Of a stretch of DNA of 58,464 bases, positions 8,329-17,903 are shown piece by piece. The notes beneath the pieces were generated by a model that was not told the origin of the DNA, made no database searches, and saw nothing but the letters and a program-made list of their open reading frames with translations. Both the position numbers and the translations under genes were made by a program. Source of the stretch: a virus. The stretch lies in IMG/VR virus record IMGVR_UViG_3300021400_000097; one strand, written 5' to 3'. Each line of letters starts with the position of its first letter. The first letter of the stretch is position 1.

Positions 8329-8913
8329 TCAATACTTTTTTCCATGTTTGACGATTCTGGTTTTGTTGTACATCATCTTTAGATTGACGTGTGTTATAAT
8401 GTCGATACCCAGGAGCTCAGCAAAGGTGCATATCTCCTGTTTAGCGTAATTCAGTTTCTCATCCAGACTAAACCCATCATGGCACAGATACTTTTCAATG
8501 GTACGGATATTCTCAGTAAACCTCTTTTCCTTTGAGATCTTACTTTCCGTTAGCATAATGCCACCCAGGTTTATATTGTGCTTTCCAGCCAGATCCAGGA
8601 TCCTGATGATAGCATCTGCCAGCTCATCACCAACACTATCCTTAACCCTCTCCTTAAAGTAGCTCTTAAACCAGGTGTTCAACCACTCATCTGTGATACC
8701 ATACTCAGACGCTGCCTGTTGATCCACTATAGCCACCATTGCCTGGAGGTTTCCGTTATTCGATTTTCTGTCTGCATTCACAGCCTCCATAAGCTCAGAG
8801 GATATGAGGCAGAGAAAATGATCATCACTGGGCTCATCGTCCCAGAAACCGTGACGTACTGCTGTATTGTGGGCATTGTCACGTAATGTATTCCAATCTG
8901 AAATCAGTTGCAT
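8329..8913 (-). CDS. MazG-like nucleotide pyrophosphohydrolase candidate
   Basis: 194 aa. Acidic helix motifs SELMEAVNA and GDELADAIIRILDLA resemble the MazG ExxE...ExxD pattern. Confidence 0.5.
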   Translation of the reverse strand: MQLISDWNTLRDNAHNTAVRHGFWDDEPSDDHFLCLISSELMEAVNADRKSNNGNLQAMVAIVDQQAASEYGITDEWLNTWFKSYFKERVKDSVGDELADAIIRILDLAGKHNINLGGIMLTESKISKEKRFTENIRTIEKYLCHDGFSLDEKLNYAKQEICTFAELLGIDIITHVNLKMMYNKTRIVKHGKKY

Positions 8914-8924
8914 ATTTACTTAGT

Positions 8925-9728
8925 TTATTTTCTACGGCTTTCACCGTGTAATTCTATTACGTTGAAACTCTTGAAACGATCCACCAGGCGATCCTCAAAA
9001 CGGCTTTTCAGATCTTTCACTGTTAGATTGCTTGTTATGTGGTAACGCTTATTGTACTGCTGGTAGATCTCATACCTGGCAAACAGGAACTCATCCGTAA
9101 CCTGTGTGAGTGTGGTACCAAAGCTCTTTTGTTTCTCAGTCATAAGCCCCAGGTCATTCAGGCATACGTTGAAAGGTGATCCCTCAAAGGCTTTCAGATC
9201 TGCCAGCTCATTGAACGTATAGCGGTCTATATGTCCGTTGATCTTGTAATAGTTCATTAGCTGTGTCATGCTGATGTTACGAAAGTAATTCTCGTTCTCT
9301 GTGATCCTCAGATAGTCTGAAAAGATCTGCATGATCATTGTCTTACCTGTTCCTGGCTCTCCGATCAGGAGGATGTTTTTGTGGATCTTGTAATCCTCAT
9401 CTGGGAAAACACTCTCTGCCAGCTTGCATCCGTTGAAATAGTACGTCAGGAACTTTAGCACCTTTTGGTTATGCTCATCAATCTGGTAGCCAGAAAACTC
9501 CCTCAGCATATAGTTGTCACCTATCCCTTTGATCAGCCCAGCGTGTATTCTGTATTCCTCAGGATCCTCCAGGTTGTACTTAAAACCTCTCAGTGTAATC
9601 TTTCTGTGTTTCAGTCGCTCCTGCTGTGCCCTTTCCTGTGTCAGCTTGAACTGCTGCTGTTGGTGATCCCTGATTATTTTCAGGGCATCCATTGTTGTCA
9701 TTTGCGCTTGCTTTCCGTTGATCTCCAT
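8925..9728 (-). CDS. DnaC/IstB-like AAA+ ATPase (helicase-loader candidate)
   Basis: 267 aa. Walker A LIGEPGTGKTM, Walker B-like CLNDLG. Downstream of the replisome-organizer gene. Confidence 0.65.
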   Translation of the reverse strand: MEINGKQAQMTTMDALKIIRDHQQQQFKLTQERAQQERLKHRKITLRGFKYNLEDPEEYRIHAGLIKGIGDNYMLREFSGYQIDEHNQKVLKFLTYYFNGCKLAESVFPDEDYKIHKNILLIGEPGTGKTMIMQIFSDYLRITENENYFRNISMTQLMNYYKINGHIDRYTFNELADLKAFEGSPFNVCLNDLGLMTEKQKSFGTTLTQVTDEFLFARYEIYQQYNKRYHITSNLTVKDLKSRFEDRLVDRFKSFNVIELHGESRRK

Positions 9729-10422
9729 ACTTTACTATTTCTTCATTGTAACGATCCACCACCCATGTAAGGATGGCTCTGTAATCACTCTTATAGCGTT
9801 TGCCCTTAGCTCCCTTATAGTTATCAAGGATCTCAATCATACGCTTTGTAGGATCCTCTCCATACTCCCCACAGAGCTTAGCGTACTCATCCCTGGTAAG
9901 GGTGACAAACTCAGCATATTTGTATTTCTTAGCCTTTGCAGCCTTTTCTGCTTGCTCCTTTGTCAGAGGTGGTGGAGTGTCAGCTGGAACATCCAGAGGG
10001 ATCACAGGCTCTGTCACCTTTGGCTTTCGTTCTACAGGCTTTCTGTCAAACACCTTAGTCTTTGTAGAGCTACCACCTTTCAAGCCAGCCTCACGTCTTT
10101 TCTGGCTTATCTCAGCGTCCCTTACCATCCTCCTACTGTAGATGGCTCCATCATCACGCACAGCACACACGCCTCCAATGATCAGGCGATCCAGCCAGGT
10201 ATCAGATCCAGAGGCATCATTACCCAGCATACGCAAAATCTCATCCTGGGTGTATATGTCACCGTTAGGCTTTACCATCACGCCACGCTCCACGCTCTCC
10301 CACATATAGCATAGCATATCCATCCATAATCCCCTTATGTCTGGAGGCAGCACTTTCAGCTCTGGGCATCTTAGCCAGTCTGCTGTGTCGAAAGGCATCA
10401 TCTGTTGTTTGTTCTTAGCCAT
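9580..10422 (-). CDS. Replication initiator / replisome organizer (DUF1376-like N-terminus, DnaD-like C-terminus)
   Basis: The track ORF (to 10635) has an implausible hydrophobic leader. The ATG at 10422 gives MAKNKQQMMPFDTADWLRCPELKVL, then YAEFVTLTRDEYAKLCGEYG...YKSDYRAILTWVVDRY. Its 3' end overlaps the next gene by 149 nt. Confidence 0.6.
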   Translation of the reverse strand: MAKNKQQMMPFDTADWLRCPELKVLPPDIRGLWMDMLCYMWESVERGVMVKPNGDIYTQDEILRMLGNDASGSDTWLDRLIIGGVCAVRDDGAIYSRRMVRDAEISQKRREAGLKGGSSTKTKVFDRKPVERKPKVTEPVIPLDVPADTPPPLTKEQAEKAAKAKKYKYAEFVTLTRDEYAKLCGEYGEDPTKRMIEILDNYKGAKGKRYKSDYRAILTWVVDRYNEEIVKYGDQRKASANDNNGCPENNQGSPTAAVQADTGKGTAGATETQKDYTERF

Positions 10423-10483
10423 ACTACTTGTTTTTAAGCCTGGAGGATAGGAGAGCCCCACCCTCCAGGGATTGACAGTGTTA

Positions 10484-11254
10484 TTATTTCTCCATGATAG
10501 CGATCTCTGGAGCGATCTCACGGATCTTACCCAGCACCTCATCAATGCAACTATCACGGTAAGCCTCCACAGCCTCATTAGCTCCAGGAGAAACCAGCTG
10601 GAGGAAACATTCACCATCAGCCAGGTAGTGATCAAACTCTACCACGATAGGTACCTTAGGAGTGCCCTTGAAGATAGCCAGGCTCAGTGTAAAGCTCTTA
10701 GGCAGGTTGCTCTCCACGGTCTGCTTGAATACATCAGCACGTGATCCACTCGGATCTTTCTGCTTTTGCACCTCACTGTTAGCCTTAGCAGTGAAATTCT
10801 TTAAGGCAGATACCAGTTTCATGCACTCCTCACGATCCTCAAAGAGGCTCCTGTTAAGACGCAGGAACTGTCCCAGGCGATCAGGGATCCAGGCATCCTT
10901 AGGATCGTTGATCTTTGTTTTCAGGAACACCTCAGTAAACTCAACGGTGCCTTTCACAACACCCTTTGAGTACTCATCATCCTCATTGGTTATCAGGGTG
11001 ATACTCATATCCTCACGGTTTACCAGGATGTGGGCTTTCTTCTGATCAATGGTGTTGATACGCTTTTCCAGCCAGTCGAAAGGAGTAGAGATCACACCAA
11101 CAATGTTAGTCTTAATCGGCTCCTTAGTAGGCAGTGGATTGGGTGCCTTTGCAGCCTCTCCCTTACGGATGATCACCTCAACAGGTTTTTCACCTGTATA
11201 GTTCTGGATGTTTACACATACGGATTTCTCCATGTTTGTCATTTCTTCTTGCAT
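10484..11254 (-). CDS. Hypothetical protein (256 aa)
   Basis: ATG-started ORF co-oriented within the early operon. Confidence 0.6.
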   Translation of the reverse strand: MQEEMTNMEKSVCVNIQNYTGEKPVEVIIRKGEAAKAPNPLPTKEPIKTNIVGVISTPFDWLEKRINTIDQKKAHILVNREDMSITLITNEDDEYSKGVVKGTVEFTEVFLKTKINDPKDAWIPDRLGQFLRLNRSLFEDREECMKLVSALKNFTAKANSEVQKQKDPSGSRADVFKQTVESNLPKSFTLSLAIFKGTPKVPIVVEFDHYLADGECFLQLVSPGANEAVEAYRDSCIDEVLGKIREIAPEIAIMEK

Positions 11255-11291
11255 AGTTGTACAATTTTGAAAGTTGATTATTGAATGTTAT

Positions 11292-11744
11292 TTATCCCTC
11301 AGTGCCAGTATTACGGATAGCCTGGAACACTGTGCGCTGTCTCTCCTCACGTGTCATATCACGGCTTTCTACCAGGTGTCCGTTGGTGTCATAGAAACCA
11401 ACCTTTCCAGCCTCCTCAAAGACGAACTTGAACGTGTCACCCTTGATCTGCTCACCACCAGCCTTGACCTCATCCAGGATCTCAGCCTGGCGTTCCTGGA
11501 GTGGCTTTAGCTTACCCTTGATGTCAGCTGTAAAGTTTTTCAGCTCCTCATTCAGCTCACCGATCTGGATTGCCACATTGCAAGCCTCAGCACGTTTCTC
11601 ATTCTTCTCATCCTCACCAAACTTTCTGGTGTAGAACTTTTCCACGATCTGATCACATGAATCCCTCAGGATCTGTTCTCTCTCCTCCATCGGAGTGTCT
11701 GCCAGCATCACGTCTGGCACACTTTGTACTTTTTCTTTTGCCAT
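11292..11744 (-). CDS. Hypothetical acidic coiled-coil protein (150 aa)
   Basis: ATG-started ORF, immediately downstream of the second DGR target gene. Confidence 0.55.
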   Translation of the reverse strand: MAKEKVQSVPDVMLADTPMEEREQILRDSCDQIVEKFYTRKFGEDEKNEKRAEACNVAIQIGELNEELKNFTADIKGKLKPLQERQAEILDEVKAGGEQIKGDTFKFVFEEAGKVGFYDTNGHLVESRDMTREERQRTVFQAIRNTGTEG

Positions 11745-11756
11745 AATTCACTTAGT

Positions 11757-12395
11757 TTATTTGTTGAAATAAAAATCTCCCACAGTAAAATTGAATGCCA
11801 GGTACTCAGCCCAGAGCTTGATAAACTGCTGACCAAAGTAGATAGCTTTTTCTTCTGTTTCCTGGCACAAGCGGAACCCAAAAGGCGCACACGCATTCGA
11901 GGAACGATAATGCGCACTCAGAGAACCGAAACCAGCACCCGCACCATTATCCGCAACCGCAGACAGGAGGGCACCATTGAACTGATCTTTACGATCCTCT
12001 ATCTCCTGTTTAGTCCACAGAGCAAACCAGGGGTACCACATAGTGGTGCTGCCCTCAGCATCAGGCTTAGGCTCCCAGTTCTTTCCCCAGAGGGCACGGC
12101 TGATAGTTTCCAGCTTAATAAGAGCCTTGATGTGGTCTGGCATTGTCATGGGGATGCTACCTACATTCGGATCAGCAGATAACTCCACCATTGCCAGGGT
12201 GTCAAAGTTCATGGGCTTGCAACCCAGGGCTACACAGGCATCCTCATAGGTCTTGATAGACTTGTAATCATCCAGGTTAGGCTTTTTCTCAGGCTTGCAG
12301 AAAAGAGCTGCCAGCACGTCTTTCACCTCCTGAGACTTAGCAACCTCCAGAGCTGCCTTAACCTCTACCTCAGTAACGATAATTTGCTTACTCAT
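11757..12395 (-). CDS. Second (remote) DGR target protein, 212 aa, with an internal variable region
   Basis: Residues GALLSAVADNGAGAGFGSLSAHYRSSNACAPFGFRLC are encoded by VR2, which matches the TR at 25673-25778 except at template adenines. A 35-aa tail follows the VR. Confidence 0.8.
   Translation of the reverse strand: MSKQIIVTEVEVKAALEVAKSQEVKDVLAALFCKPEKKPNLDDYKSIKTYEDACVALGCKPMNFDTLAMVELSADPNVGSIPMTMPDHIKALIKLETISRALWGKNWEPKPDAEGSTTMWYPWFALWTKQEIEDRKDQFNGALLSAVADNGAGAGFGSLSAHYRSSNACAPFGFRLCQETEEKAIYFGQQFIKLWAEYLAFNFTVGDFYFNK
11864..11975 (-). repeat. DGR variable region 2 (VR2)
   Basis: The core 11870-11975 aligns base for base with TR 25673-25778 (106 bp). There are 14 mismatches, all where the TR has T on the + strand (A on the coding strand). 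The 3' end shares the TTGTGCC variant with VR1. Confidence 0.85.
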
Positions 12396-12533
12396 TTTTC
12401 TAATTCTTTTAGTGTATTCAATTTCTTTATGATCTTTCTCACGATACGGATTGCATTCTGTACTCTCAGGCTCTGGCCTGGTGGTACGCTGTCTATGATT
12501 ACTGGTACCAACCGTATCAACTCTGATACCAGG

Positions 12534-12980
12534 TTATTTGCTATTAGTTTCATCGGCTCTCAGCATCCAGTATTTATCAGGATCAGGTATTTTCACATTC
12601 AAGTACTCATCAGCGTACTGCCTCAGCTTTTCGCAATAGGTGGAGAAAGTAACGGTGTCCATCTTTGCAGTTGATGATGGAAACTTGATGATCTCACCTG
12701 TCTCTCTGTTCACAACCTCATCAGCTGTCATCTGTGCCTTGAAAAACTCATGGATCTGTTCCACGCTTGTAAACTCCCAGCCAGCATCTATCATTGCATC
12801 CAGCAGCATAGGGTAGATACATCCCCACAGCCATCCGTTCTGATCGTTGGATCTGGGCTTACGCACTTTCTTTACCTCTACCAGGTAAATTCCATCCAGA
12901 GCCTGTACAAACCACACATAGAGCTTATTCAGGTTAAAGAGGCCGTTAGCCTTTTCTATGATCACCTTAGCGTTACTCAT
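12534..12980 (-). CDS. NinB/Orf-like recombination mediator candidate
   Basis: The ATG at 12980 (MSNAKVII) overlaps the upstream stop by 8 nt. The motif RSNDQNGWLWGCIY resembles the NinB family signature. Confidence 0.5.
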   Translation of the reverse strand: MSNAKVIIEKANGLFNLNKLYVWFVQALDGIYLVEVKKVRKPRSNDQNGWLWGCIYPMLLDAMIDAGWEFTSVEQIHEFFKAQMTADEVVNRETGEIIKFPSSTAKMDTVTFSTYCEKLRQYADEYLNVKIPDPDKYWMLRADETNSK

Positions 12981-13338
12981 CGTACAGCTCCATCTGTTTT
13001 CTGAGTGCAACACTTACCTGGTGGATAGCACCCTCACGGCTCTCCAGGGATGCTATATACTCAGCCATTTCCCTTTTCGTTGTGGCTATGTAGTAGCCCT
13101 CGGAGGTAGCGATCACTCCAGGCAGCAGGGCATTCACCCTGATATGGTTTATCACTTTGCGCAACCTGGCATTGTCAATCTTATAGCCAGCTAAACGCAT
13201 CTTAGCACAGATCTCACTGTTTTTGATAGCACGGTCTTTGCCGATCTTCATAGACAGTCCACGTACAATCTGGGGGGTGAGCGTGTTAAGCTCATACTCA
13301 GATAGAGGCTTAGTTTCATTTGTAAATCCGTTAATCAT
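12973..13338 (-). CDS. Hypothetical protein, possibly winged-helix DNA-binding (121 aa)
   Basis: ATG-started ORF. The functional guess comes only from the helix pattern. Confidence 0.5.
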   Translation of the reverse strand: MINGFTNETKPLSEYELNTLTPQIVRGLSMKIGKDRAIKNSEICAKMRLAGYKIDNARLRKVINHIRVNALLPGVIATSEGYYIATTKREMAEYIASLESREGAIHQVSVALRKQMELYDE

Positions 13339-13343
13339 AATTC

Positions 13344-14069
13344 CTATAGCTTATTTAACTCAACTGTCAAACCTGGGAAAGCAGCATAGGTGGGCTTACC
13401 TGTGAGAGCTTGTATTTCGCTCACAAAACGCTCCTCATCGGCATTGTTTCCTGACAGGTGGATCAGCACCACCTCAGCCACTTTCGACAGGTCATTACGG
13501 CTAAGAAAAGATTTCGTTGATGCAAACTCCAGGTGTGACTTTGCCAGACGTGCCACCTGGCTCTCATCGGTACGGTGCTCCTCGATAGCACGTCTGAGGG
13601 CATCCACAGAGTAGTTACATTCGATCAGTACATGATTGAGCCCTGGAATGGTGTAGTCAAGCTCACAGGTATCTGTAGCAAACATCAGCAGCCCCATATC
13701 TGGATGCTGGATCAGATAGCCAACACATGGTACATCGTGTGACACATTGAAAGGCATTACCAGGAAATTGCCCATCTGGTACGTCTTACCACTTTCCGCT
13801 GTCACAGCATGGGTACCAGAGTAACCCTTTGCCATCCATACCTCAGGCAGTGCCAGGGTGTGGAAAAGATCAGCGTACTTTGTTATGTGCCCAGCATGAT
13901 CATTGTGCTGGTGGGTAACGATACATCCTGAGACTTTACGGATGTTGAACTTTAGGGCTTTCTTAGCCTCTTTGACGTTCACGCCACACTCCAGGATCAG
14001 AGCCTCATTTCCATTATCCAGGATGTAACCGTTACCCTTGCTTGAACTACCTAATACTGTCAGCGTCAT
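13344..14069 (-). CDS. Metallo-beta-lactamase-fold hydrolase (likely the nuclease partner of RecT)
   Basis: 241 aa with the HxHxDH motif (VTHQHNDHAGH). Adjacent to the recT-like gene. Confidence 0.7.
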   Translation of the reverse strand: MTLTVLGSSSKGNGYILDNGNEALILECGVNVKEAKKALKFNIRKVSGCIVTHQHNDHAGHITKYADLFHTLALPEVWMAKGYSGTHAVTAESGKTYQMGNFLVMPFNVSHDVPCVGYLIQHPDMGLLMFATDTCELDYTIPGLNHVLIECNYSVDALRRAIEEHRTDESQVARLAKSHLEFASTKSFLSRNDLSKVAEVVLIHLSGNNADEERFVSEIQALTGKPTYAAFPGLTVELNKL

Positions 14070-14080
14070 AGCAGCACGTT

Positions 14081-15067
14081 TTAATATCCAGGATTAGGAG
14101 CACTGGCTGGAGCTGGTTGGCTTGTTGCAGCCTCACCGATCTGCACAGCACCCTCGCTACTCATTGTAAGCTGTTTCTGATCATCCTTAACCTCTGTAGC
14201 ATCAGCCCACTCCTCGCTACGCATATCATCAGCGATAGCAGTTTGCATTTCTACAGACAGGTAGCCGAACTTGCTCAGCAGATTCCTTACCACGGTCTTA
14301 ACACCCATAGAGTGGAAATTACCCAGCCAGCCTACTGTCTTATTATCGTCTGTAGATACTGGCAGATCTGCCAGGGCTTTCAGCTGATCCACTGTAACCT
14401 CCTTTTTCAGCCCCTTAGAGTACCGCTTAGCATGGTTAGCCATCTGATCCACTGTCATGTACAGCGTCTTAGCAAATCCGTTAAGCAGCTCAAAGTAGCA
14501 GAAATAACCGATCACCTTATCGGATTTCTTTTCACCATCAAAGGCGATCTCTCCAGTGAGCTTGCTTACCTTACGCACCTCACCATCATAGACTACATCA
14601 GCATTGAGGGTACGATACTGGCCTGTACGCATAGCCAACTGGATATATCCTTTGTAGCCCAGCTGGAAAGTAGGCTCCAGCTTTTTCTCCCAGATCTTCT
14701 TACCATCCTGTCCGATCATGTCACGTCCATACTCATCCTTTTTCGGATAGCTGTTAGAGTAAGGGATGATATAGGCGAATCCCAGGGACTTATTGATAGG
14801 CAGGTGGAGCACAGCAGCTTTCAGAGCCTCCATAACCACCTGGTTAGGATTACACTCTCTCAGCTTACTGTCTGAGTTGAAAAGATCTATCACTGAGGCA
14901 ATGAATGTGTCAGCATTCTTACCCAGGGCATTCTTGAACTGTTCCTTAACGCTGTCTGTACTAAGTACATTTTTCAGTGCCAGCGTCTTAGGATTCACTT
15001 TAGGCTCAACAGCACCGCCATTTGCTGGTGCTGGAGCTTGTACATTGGTTTGCTTATTGTCTGCCAT
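14081..15067 (-). CDS. recT: RecT-family single-strand annealing protein
   Basis: 328 aa. The region NPNQVVMEALKAAVLHLPINKSLGFAYIIPY is typical of RecT (from memory of the family). Lies in the recombination module. Confidence 0.7.
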   Translation of the reverse strand: MADNKQTNVQAPAPANGGAVEPKVNPKTLALKNVLSTDSVKEQFKNALGKNADTFIASVIDLFNSDSKLRECNPNQVVMEALKAAVLHLPINKSLGFAYIIPYSNSYPKKDEYGRDMIGQDGKKIWEKKLEPTFQLGYKGYIQLAMRTGQYRTLNADVVYDGEVRKVSKLTGEIAFDGEKKSDKVIGYFCYFELLNGFAKTLYMTVDQMANHAKRYSKGLKKEVTVDQLKALADLPVSTDDNKTVGWLGNFHSMGVKTVVRNLLSKFGYLSVEMQTAIADDMRSEEWADATEVKDDQKQLTMSSEGAVQIGEAATSQPAPASAPNPGY

Positions 15068-15072
15068 AGTTG

Positions 15073-17379
15073 TTATTGAATTGAAAGTTGTTTATCAGTT
15101 GTAACACACAGGAGGATCTTCTGGCTGGATGTTTCCATCACATTGTTCACGCTCTCAGCGTTATCCACGAAAATAGGAGCATTCACGCCCTGGGACTTGC
15201 ATATTGCATTGATAATATCCAAGCCAGCGTTGATCTTACCAGCGTTATTCACATCAGGATATGGTGTACCGTTCACTGTGCATACACAGGTTAGCTTTTC
15301 ACCACCATTGAGCTGTGACGATACGAAAGAGAAAGAAACGAGCTTGAAAAGGTCATTGATACGTCTCAGCAGCTCAGCATCCTTAGCTTTCTGGAACTGG
15401 AGGCATTCAAACTCCCATTTCTCCAGATCTGCCACTTTCTCATTGAGTTTATCCCTTTGCTCCTCCAGCTCCTTGATTTCCTTATTGGCACGATCCAGGA
15501 TAGCCTTTTGTCCTAAACGCTGGTTGATGGTAGCGATCTCACCATTGATACGCTCCTTATCGGCTTTGGCAGCAGAGTTATCTGCCTCAGGCTGATCACC
15601 AGCAGGATCCTTGATCACGCTCAGCTGGTTTTGCAGTTCTGTGATCTCATTTGCCAGTCCGATCAGTACCTCATCCTTTTTCTCTATCTCCAGATAGTCA
15701 GGAGTTGGTATAACAGCAGCTGTGATACTGTCACGCTCTGCCTGGGTGGTCTGGATCTCCTTACTGATACGCTGGTACTCAGCATCCTCAGAGAGGGCTT
15801 TGTTATAGTCAGGAACAGCAGGAACACTTGCACGTGCTGATACCAGATCCCTGTTGAGCTCTGTTAGCTCATTCTCAGAGTTGGTAATATCGCTGTCAGC
15901 CTGTTTCAGCTTATCATCCTTATCCTGGAGTGTCTTACGCTGTCTCTCCAGGGTGGTGTTGAGGTTATCCAGCTTTTCCCTGGTAGCCTTACCCTTTTCC
16001 TGGTTAGCCTTGATTCTCTCAGCCTTTTGGCTGTTGAAATTAGCCTCCAGTTCCTGACGCTTTGCCTCCAGATCATCCATATCCAGCGGACGCTTACAGG
16101 TAGGACAAACCATCTGGGCAGGATCCATGATAAACTCCTCAGCATAGATCTTTTGGAACTCAGAGCGCAGATCAGTGATCTCACCCTCCTTTTCCTTGAT
16201 GGTAGCCTCTGTGTCACTCACATTTTTCTGGGCATCGAGCACATCAGCCTCCAGGCTACTCTTATTGCCTTTGAGACGGTTGATCTCCTCTTGCTTAGCC
16301 TTGATCTTTGCCTCCAGGTCTGCCACTTTCTTTTTGGCATCCTCATAGGAACTGCCAATAGCCAGCTTAACCTCACCCTCACGCTTGATCAGTTCAGCTT
16401 TCTTATCGTTGATCTTACGTGTGTACTCATTACGCTGTGATGCAGCAGCATTCTCAGCCTCCTGGATGTCAGCATTACGCTTTTTGTCTGCCTCCAGGCG
16501 CAAAGCGTTCTTACGGTTGCTCTCCTCCAGTTTCTTGCTGTTGATCTGTGTCTGGAGAGAGTTACGCTTTTCGTACACCTCAGCATTCTGGGCTGATCTG
16601 TCATTAGCCAGGATAGCATCCACCTTTTCCAGCTCCTGTTTCTTAGCCTCCAGGTCTTTCTCCAGGGCATCCCAATCATCATCGGCTGGTTTCAGTTTGG
16701 CAGCAGTCTCTATCTTTGTAGGAATCAGAGAAAGCTCCTCGTTACAGGCACTTTTCTTAGCCTTAATCTCCTTAGCCATTTCCATGATAGTAGTACCCTC
16801 CAAAGCAGCCAGGAACTCAGCATACTCAGGTTTCAGACGTGCCACATCCTCATCAGTGACGTTGCCAGCCATATTCTGGAGCATTTCTTTCTGATCCTCT
16901 GGTTTCAGTGATGGAAAATAGAAAGGGTTGGTGATCATACGAAACACATTCTCTGGAATGATGGAGCTGATCTTTGCATCATACTCACGCTTTGTAGGGA
17001 TCTTTACATCATTCACGTAGAAAAGCGTCTCATGGTTTTTCAGTACCTCAGTGGTGGTGCCTGTAGGCTTTTCCCACTTTTCACGATACATACGCTTTAG
17101 TTTAAGCTCTTTCCCATCAACATCCAGGATAGCTGTCACAGAGTGCTCCTGTTTCAGGATAGGATCACCATGTGCATCCAGTGTCTTGATGTTGAAATTG
17201 GAATCGGATCTGTTAGTGCTATCCTTACCGAACAGCAGCCACGTAAAGGCATCAAAGACAGTGGTCTTACCAGTGCCATTGTCACCTCTTACCATTGTGG
17301 TACCTGGATTGAAAGAAAGCTCAACGTCACGTGCTCCCTTGAAATTCACCAGGTGTAGATTCTTTAGAATAATTCCCAT
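15073..17379 (-). CDS. SbcC/Rad50-like AAA ATPase with a long coiled coil and a zinc hook
   Basis: 768 aa. N-terminal Walker A GDNGTGKTTVFDAF, a very long Glu/Lys-rich coiled coil, a central CPTCKRP hook, and a C-terminal signature region. Confidence 0.75.
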   Translation of the reverse strand: MGIILKNLHLVNFKGARDVELSFNPGTTMVRGDNGTGKTTVFDAFTWLLFGKDSTNRSDSNFNIKTLDAHGDPILKQEHSVTAILDVDGKELKLKRMYREKWEKPTGTTTEVLKNHETLFYVNDVKIPTKREYDAKISSIIPENVFRMITNPFYFPSLKPEDQKEMLQNMAGNVTDEDVARLKPEYAEFLAALEGTTIMEMAKEIKAKKSACNEELSLIPTKIETAAKLKPADDDWDALEKDLEAKKQELEKVDAILANDRSAQNAEVYEKRNSLQTQINSKKLEESNRKNALRLEADKKRNADIQEAENAAASQRNEYTRKINDKKAELIKREGEVKLAIGSSYEDAKKKVADLEAKIKAKQEEINRLKGNKSSLEADVLDAQKNVSDTEATIKEKEGEITDLRSEFQKIYAEEFIMDPAQMVCPTCKRPLDMDDLEAKRQELEANFNSQKAERIKANQEKGKATREKLDNLNTTLERQRKTLQDKDDKLKQADSDITNSENELTELNRDLVSARASVPAVPDYNKALSEDAEYQRISKEIQTTQAERDSITAAVIPTPDYLEIEKKDEVLIGLANEITELQNQLSVIKDPAGDQPEADNSAAKADKERINGEIATINQRLGQKAILDRANKEIKELEEQRDKLNEKVADLEKWEFECLQFQKAKDAELLRRINDLFKLVSFSFVSSQLNGGEKLTCVCTVNGTPYPDVNNAGKINAGLDIINAICKSQGVNAPIFVDNAESVNNVMETSSQKILLCVTTDKQLSIQ

Positions 17380-17390
17380 AGAAATACTAT

Positions 17391-17675
17391 TTATTTATTG
17401 ATAAACTGATTAAGTCTCTCTGACTTGTCGAGTGCAAGCAGCTCACTCCTGGAATACAGGAGCTTTGATCTCGTTGCAGCCCCCATCCTCTCAGGTGTGA
17501 TCATACCTCTGGCTCTCCACTCCTTTACCCTGTGTTCCTGAAACAGCCTGTAGGCCTCCCTCTGGGATATAAGGTCTTTGGCTGGTGCCTGTGTCCTGAT
17601 ATAATTTGCCACGCCCAGCTCTGCCATATCCATGCAGAGGGTTTTCAGTTCAAAGAGTTCCAGAGTGATAGCCAT
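17391..17675 (-). CDS. Hypothetical protein (94 aa; HTH or excisionase-like possible)
   Basis: ATG-started ORF in the early leftward operon. Confidence 0.5.
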   Translation of the reverse strand: MAITLELFELKTLCMDMAELGVANYIRTQAPAKDLISQREAYRLFQEHRVKEWRARGMITPERMGAATRSKLLYSRSELLALDKSERLNQFINK

Positions 17676-17881
17676 TACTTACCTCTCTTTCTCAGGATGT
17701 ACTGTTTTACACTCTCTCCGTATTGATCATCGGTGAAAAGCACCCAGGCAAAGACAGCTGCCATCAAGCCAAAGAAAACATTGTGGCCTGTCCTGGTAGC
17801 AATACCTGTGACGATAGCAGCTATAGCGAAAAATGTTGCTATAGCACACTGGATAGCGTTTGATAAAGTTACTTGTTTCAT
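17675..17881 (-). CDS. Small membrane protein (two predicted TM helices)
   Basis: The track ORF starts at a GTG (17932) inside the upstream gene. The ATG at 17881 (MKQVTLSNAIQCAIATFFAIAAIV) lies 22 nt after that gene's stop. Confidence 0.45.
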   Translation of the reverse strand: MKQVTLSNAIQCAIATFFAIAAIVTGIATRTGHNVFFGLMAAVFAWVLFTDDQYGESVKQYILRKRGK

Positions 17882-17903
17882 AATCGGTGTTGCATTTAAG
17901 TGA

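Noticed and set aside
9580-10635. N-terminal extensions of track ORFs: 10423-10635, 7525-7707, 23580-23687, 27240-27290, 35301-35378, 12981-13013 and 47435-47503.
   Set aside because: The extensions overlap the preceding gene or a promoter, often begin with GTG or TTG, and encode implausible leaders. Downstream ATGs abut the upstream stop codons.
11724-12182. Two plus-strand ORFs (11724..12182 and 25830..26024) encode near-identical Arg-rich peptides (..RIRGT..RTQRTETS..RNRRQEGT..).
   Set aside because: The similarity is just the antisense reading of VR2 and VR1, not a paralogous gene pair.
12500-12530. Hairpin gtatca-actc-tgatac just after the NinB-like stop, upstream of the VR2 gene.
   Set aside because: It has only a 6-bp stem and no U-tract, so it may be fortuitous. 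I could not identify a promoter for the VR2 gene by eye.
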